The notes under the pieces: model-generated | What the model was told of the DNA's origin: nothing | Seen by the model: only the letters and a program-made list of their open reading frames with translations | Databases searched by the model: none | Source of the DNA: Ostrea edulis | Taxonomy: Eukaryota | Reading direction: 5' to 3' | Assembly: GCF_947568905.1 (NCBI RefSeq) | Contig: NC_079167.1 | Span: 33,170,001 to 33,234,000, forward strand | DNA: 64,000 nucleotides | Shown here: positions 61,601 through 64,000 of the stretch, in pieces | How the letters are laid out: every line of letters starts with the position of its first letter | How positions within the stretch are numbered: the first letter of the stretch is position 1 | Position numbers and translations under genes: made by a program

Positions 61601-64000
61601 CCCTTGTATGACATCAGTTCCATTTAAATTAACTAGATTCGAGTTTTCTATTGGTAAAACGGTCGTATGAATGTCTGTCCTTGGTCAGGTTTGCCGCCTC
61701 CTAAAAATGGTGTCGTACCCCGCGTCTGATGAATGTTGTCCTTTTATTGCAGTAGATATTCTGTGGTCTGTTTCGTCTAGTCAGTGGCTAGTTAATCTGA
61801 CCCTGCCTTTTTTCGCTACGGAAATTCGCAGGTTGGTTATTTATCCTTTTTGTTGTTTGTTTAACTTTGAAGTGTGACCCATTTTTTCTAGACTAGCATT
61901 ACTAACGTTTGTGACGTAACGTCGCTATGTTACTAAATGTAACGCTAATAATTTAAAAGATTATAAATCTTTATCTCTAGAACCTGGAGGATACAGTCAG
62001 CAGTGTTCAAAATTAACCATAGACCGATAGACAAAGTCTATATAAAATGACACTTGTCTATGCCAATTGTAATTGAGATAGACCAAATTTTCTCTGCCGA
62101 TTTCTAGATTTAAAACAATTAAGTTATCCCAAAGGACCCAGCATGGTCAGTCGACGTCTAATGAACGTTATGAGGAAAGGAAGATATTGTTATGGAAATG
62201 GAAAGAAAATACGCTTTCTGAGTACATTAGATGTAAATAAAAATGTTGTTTATTTTTTAATCATTTTATGCCCTACCTTCCCTGTAATTGGTTAGGACAT
62301 ACAGTGTTTGGTAATATAATAGTCACAGATCAAAGTTTGAGTGAGCTACTATTAGCAGTCATAGAATTCACAAATGTCTGGACATTTTTCACTATGGTTG
62401 CAGATATCAAACTGATTTTTGTTGAATATACATGTGCAGTTGTACATCATGTATATTGATTAGTTGCAGATTAAGTTTAAATTTCACTTTGACCAATGGG
62501 GTTATGGCCTTTGGAGTTTACTATATTCCAGACTTTTTTTCCTACTGTTGTGAGGCATTTTCACTAGCCAAGGGTTTTCGCTCCGCTCCTGTTTATGGGG
62601 AGCAGAGTGGACCAAAAGCCCTTGGCTTGTGACGATGGTTGTGAGGTGATTTTTCTTATGGAGATGTGTATTGATGAGTTACAGTTTAAGTTGCGCTCTG
62701 CTTGATTTATTTTCAGTGTAGTTATCAGTCTTAAGAATTCAGAAATTTCATAGTCTTCTCAGATTTTTTACTGTGTGTGCAGATACATGTATATATCACA
62801 TTTCCAATGGTTTTGCTTTTGATATTTTTACAAATTGTAATGATAACCATTTCCTCATGAACGCGCTGCAGTTGTAAACAATGCACGAATGAATCTTGAT
62901 AAATATAGTACATCTATTTACACTGCTGGGAATTCCAACAGAAACGAAAGAAGTACGTAGAAATTGTTAGAATGTAAATATTGGAAATCAATTTCAATTT
63001 TGAAGTACATGGGGGTGGGGGGTGAGAACTACAACACTTCACACTGACGTACTTTTCATGAAGCAGTAACGCACTTCATGAAGCAGTAACGCACGTCATG
63101 AAGCAGTAACACACGTCATGAAGCAGTAACGCACATCATAATATATACCGGCATGAAGTGTTGCAGCTCATACCCTCATGTGTTTTCAAAAATGAAATTT
63201 ATTTCTTAGATATTCAGACGAGTTCTTTTAGTGTGTAGTTGTATATTCAATGAAGGGTTACAGACCAAGTTTTAAGTAATTTCATTTTAATTGGCTTACG
63301 TTTAGGAGCTCATAGACAGATCAGCAGATGTTGATGAGATTTTCCGAGTATATATAAATGTGTTGAATTACAAATCAAACTTGCCTTTTATGTTTGATGT
63401 GATTGACGGGATGATTTATTGGCTATATATCCTTGTTTCACTTGGATACAGGGCGGGACATGAGTGTCAGATAGACTTGTATTGACTGTATATTTAACTT
63501 CATTTTCATCCCATACATCTGCCCTGAGCAGGGTTGGGCGGTTAAAACCGCCCGCGGTTTTAACCGTCCCGGTCAATACTCCCTAAGTGGTCAATACTGG
63601 TCAATTGAGATTTAAACTGTCCATTTTCCTATTTTTGTATATTTTTTGCAAAGATAAATTAAGCCTTTTCATTATGATATATGGATCAATTGGTTATCAT
63701 TAATTTTCATTAGATAATTAGATGTAATTTCATAAGTTTAATATATTTGGTTTGCTGAAACTGTGATCATAATATCTTCCAAAATATAAAGAGGGTCAAA
63801 TATAGCATAACTAGACAATAGGATCTGCTTATACATGTACCTGGACAGATTAAGAATAACAGGTAGCTGGACATTAAATAAACACAGTGATTTAATATGA
63901 ATTGGGTGACAGATGCTGTAGATAAACAATGTATTGCAATGTACAGAGCAGGAGATGTACCCAAGCACAGGAAACAGAGTTGACAGGTGTTATTAGCATA

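Noticed and set aside
61720-61830. CTGATGA...GAAA hammerhead-like core
   Set aside because: It is on the strand opposite the Penelope ORF and I found no compatible stems.

Overview
AT-rich, intron-rich eukaryotic DNA; the Helentron/HINE, SINE and MITE content suggests a bivalve mollusc such as an oyster (inference). I reconstructed three host genes by hand from GT-AG junctions with consistent reading phase. (1) TOP3A, + strand, 36 coding exons, 8484-54115, 1113 aa, with a predicted N-terminal mitochondrial leader and four GRF zinc fingers. (2) A two-exon 157-aa gene, - strand, 8141-2932, head-to-head with TOP3A; it looks like a single-pass mitochondrial protein that I do not recognise. (3) Chibby/CBY1, - strand, three coding exons, 57745-56524, 127 aa. 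TOP3A intron 6 holds an apparently intact 8.2-kb ISL2EU/PIF-Harbinger-type transposon (18955-27177; 41-bp TIRs, TTA duplication). It carries two convergent spliced genes: a THAP-HTH-DDE transposase (446 aa) and a SAP-SWIM-YqaJ/lambda-exonuclease-like protein (517 aa). The introns also contain many MITEs (including a three-level nest), HINEs, tRNA-derived SINEs, LINE and Penelope remnants. About a dozen tandem repeats appear to have grown out of exon-intron junction sequence. Exon models are predictions from sequence only; no database search was run.
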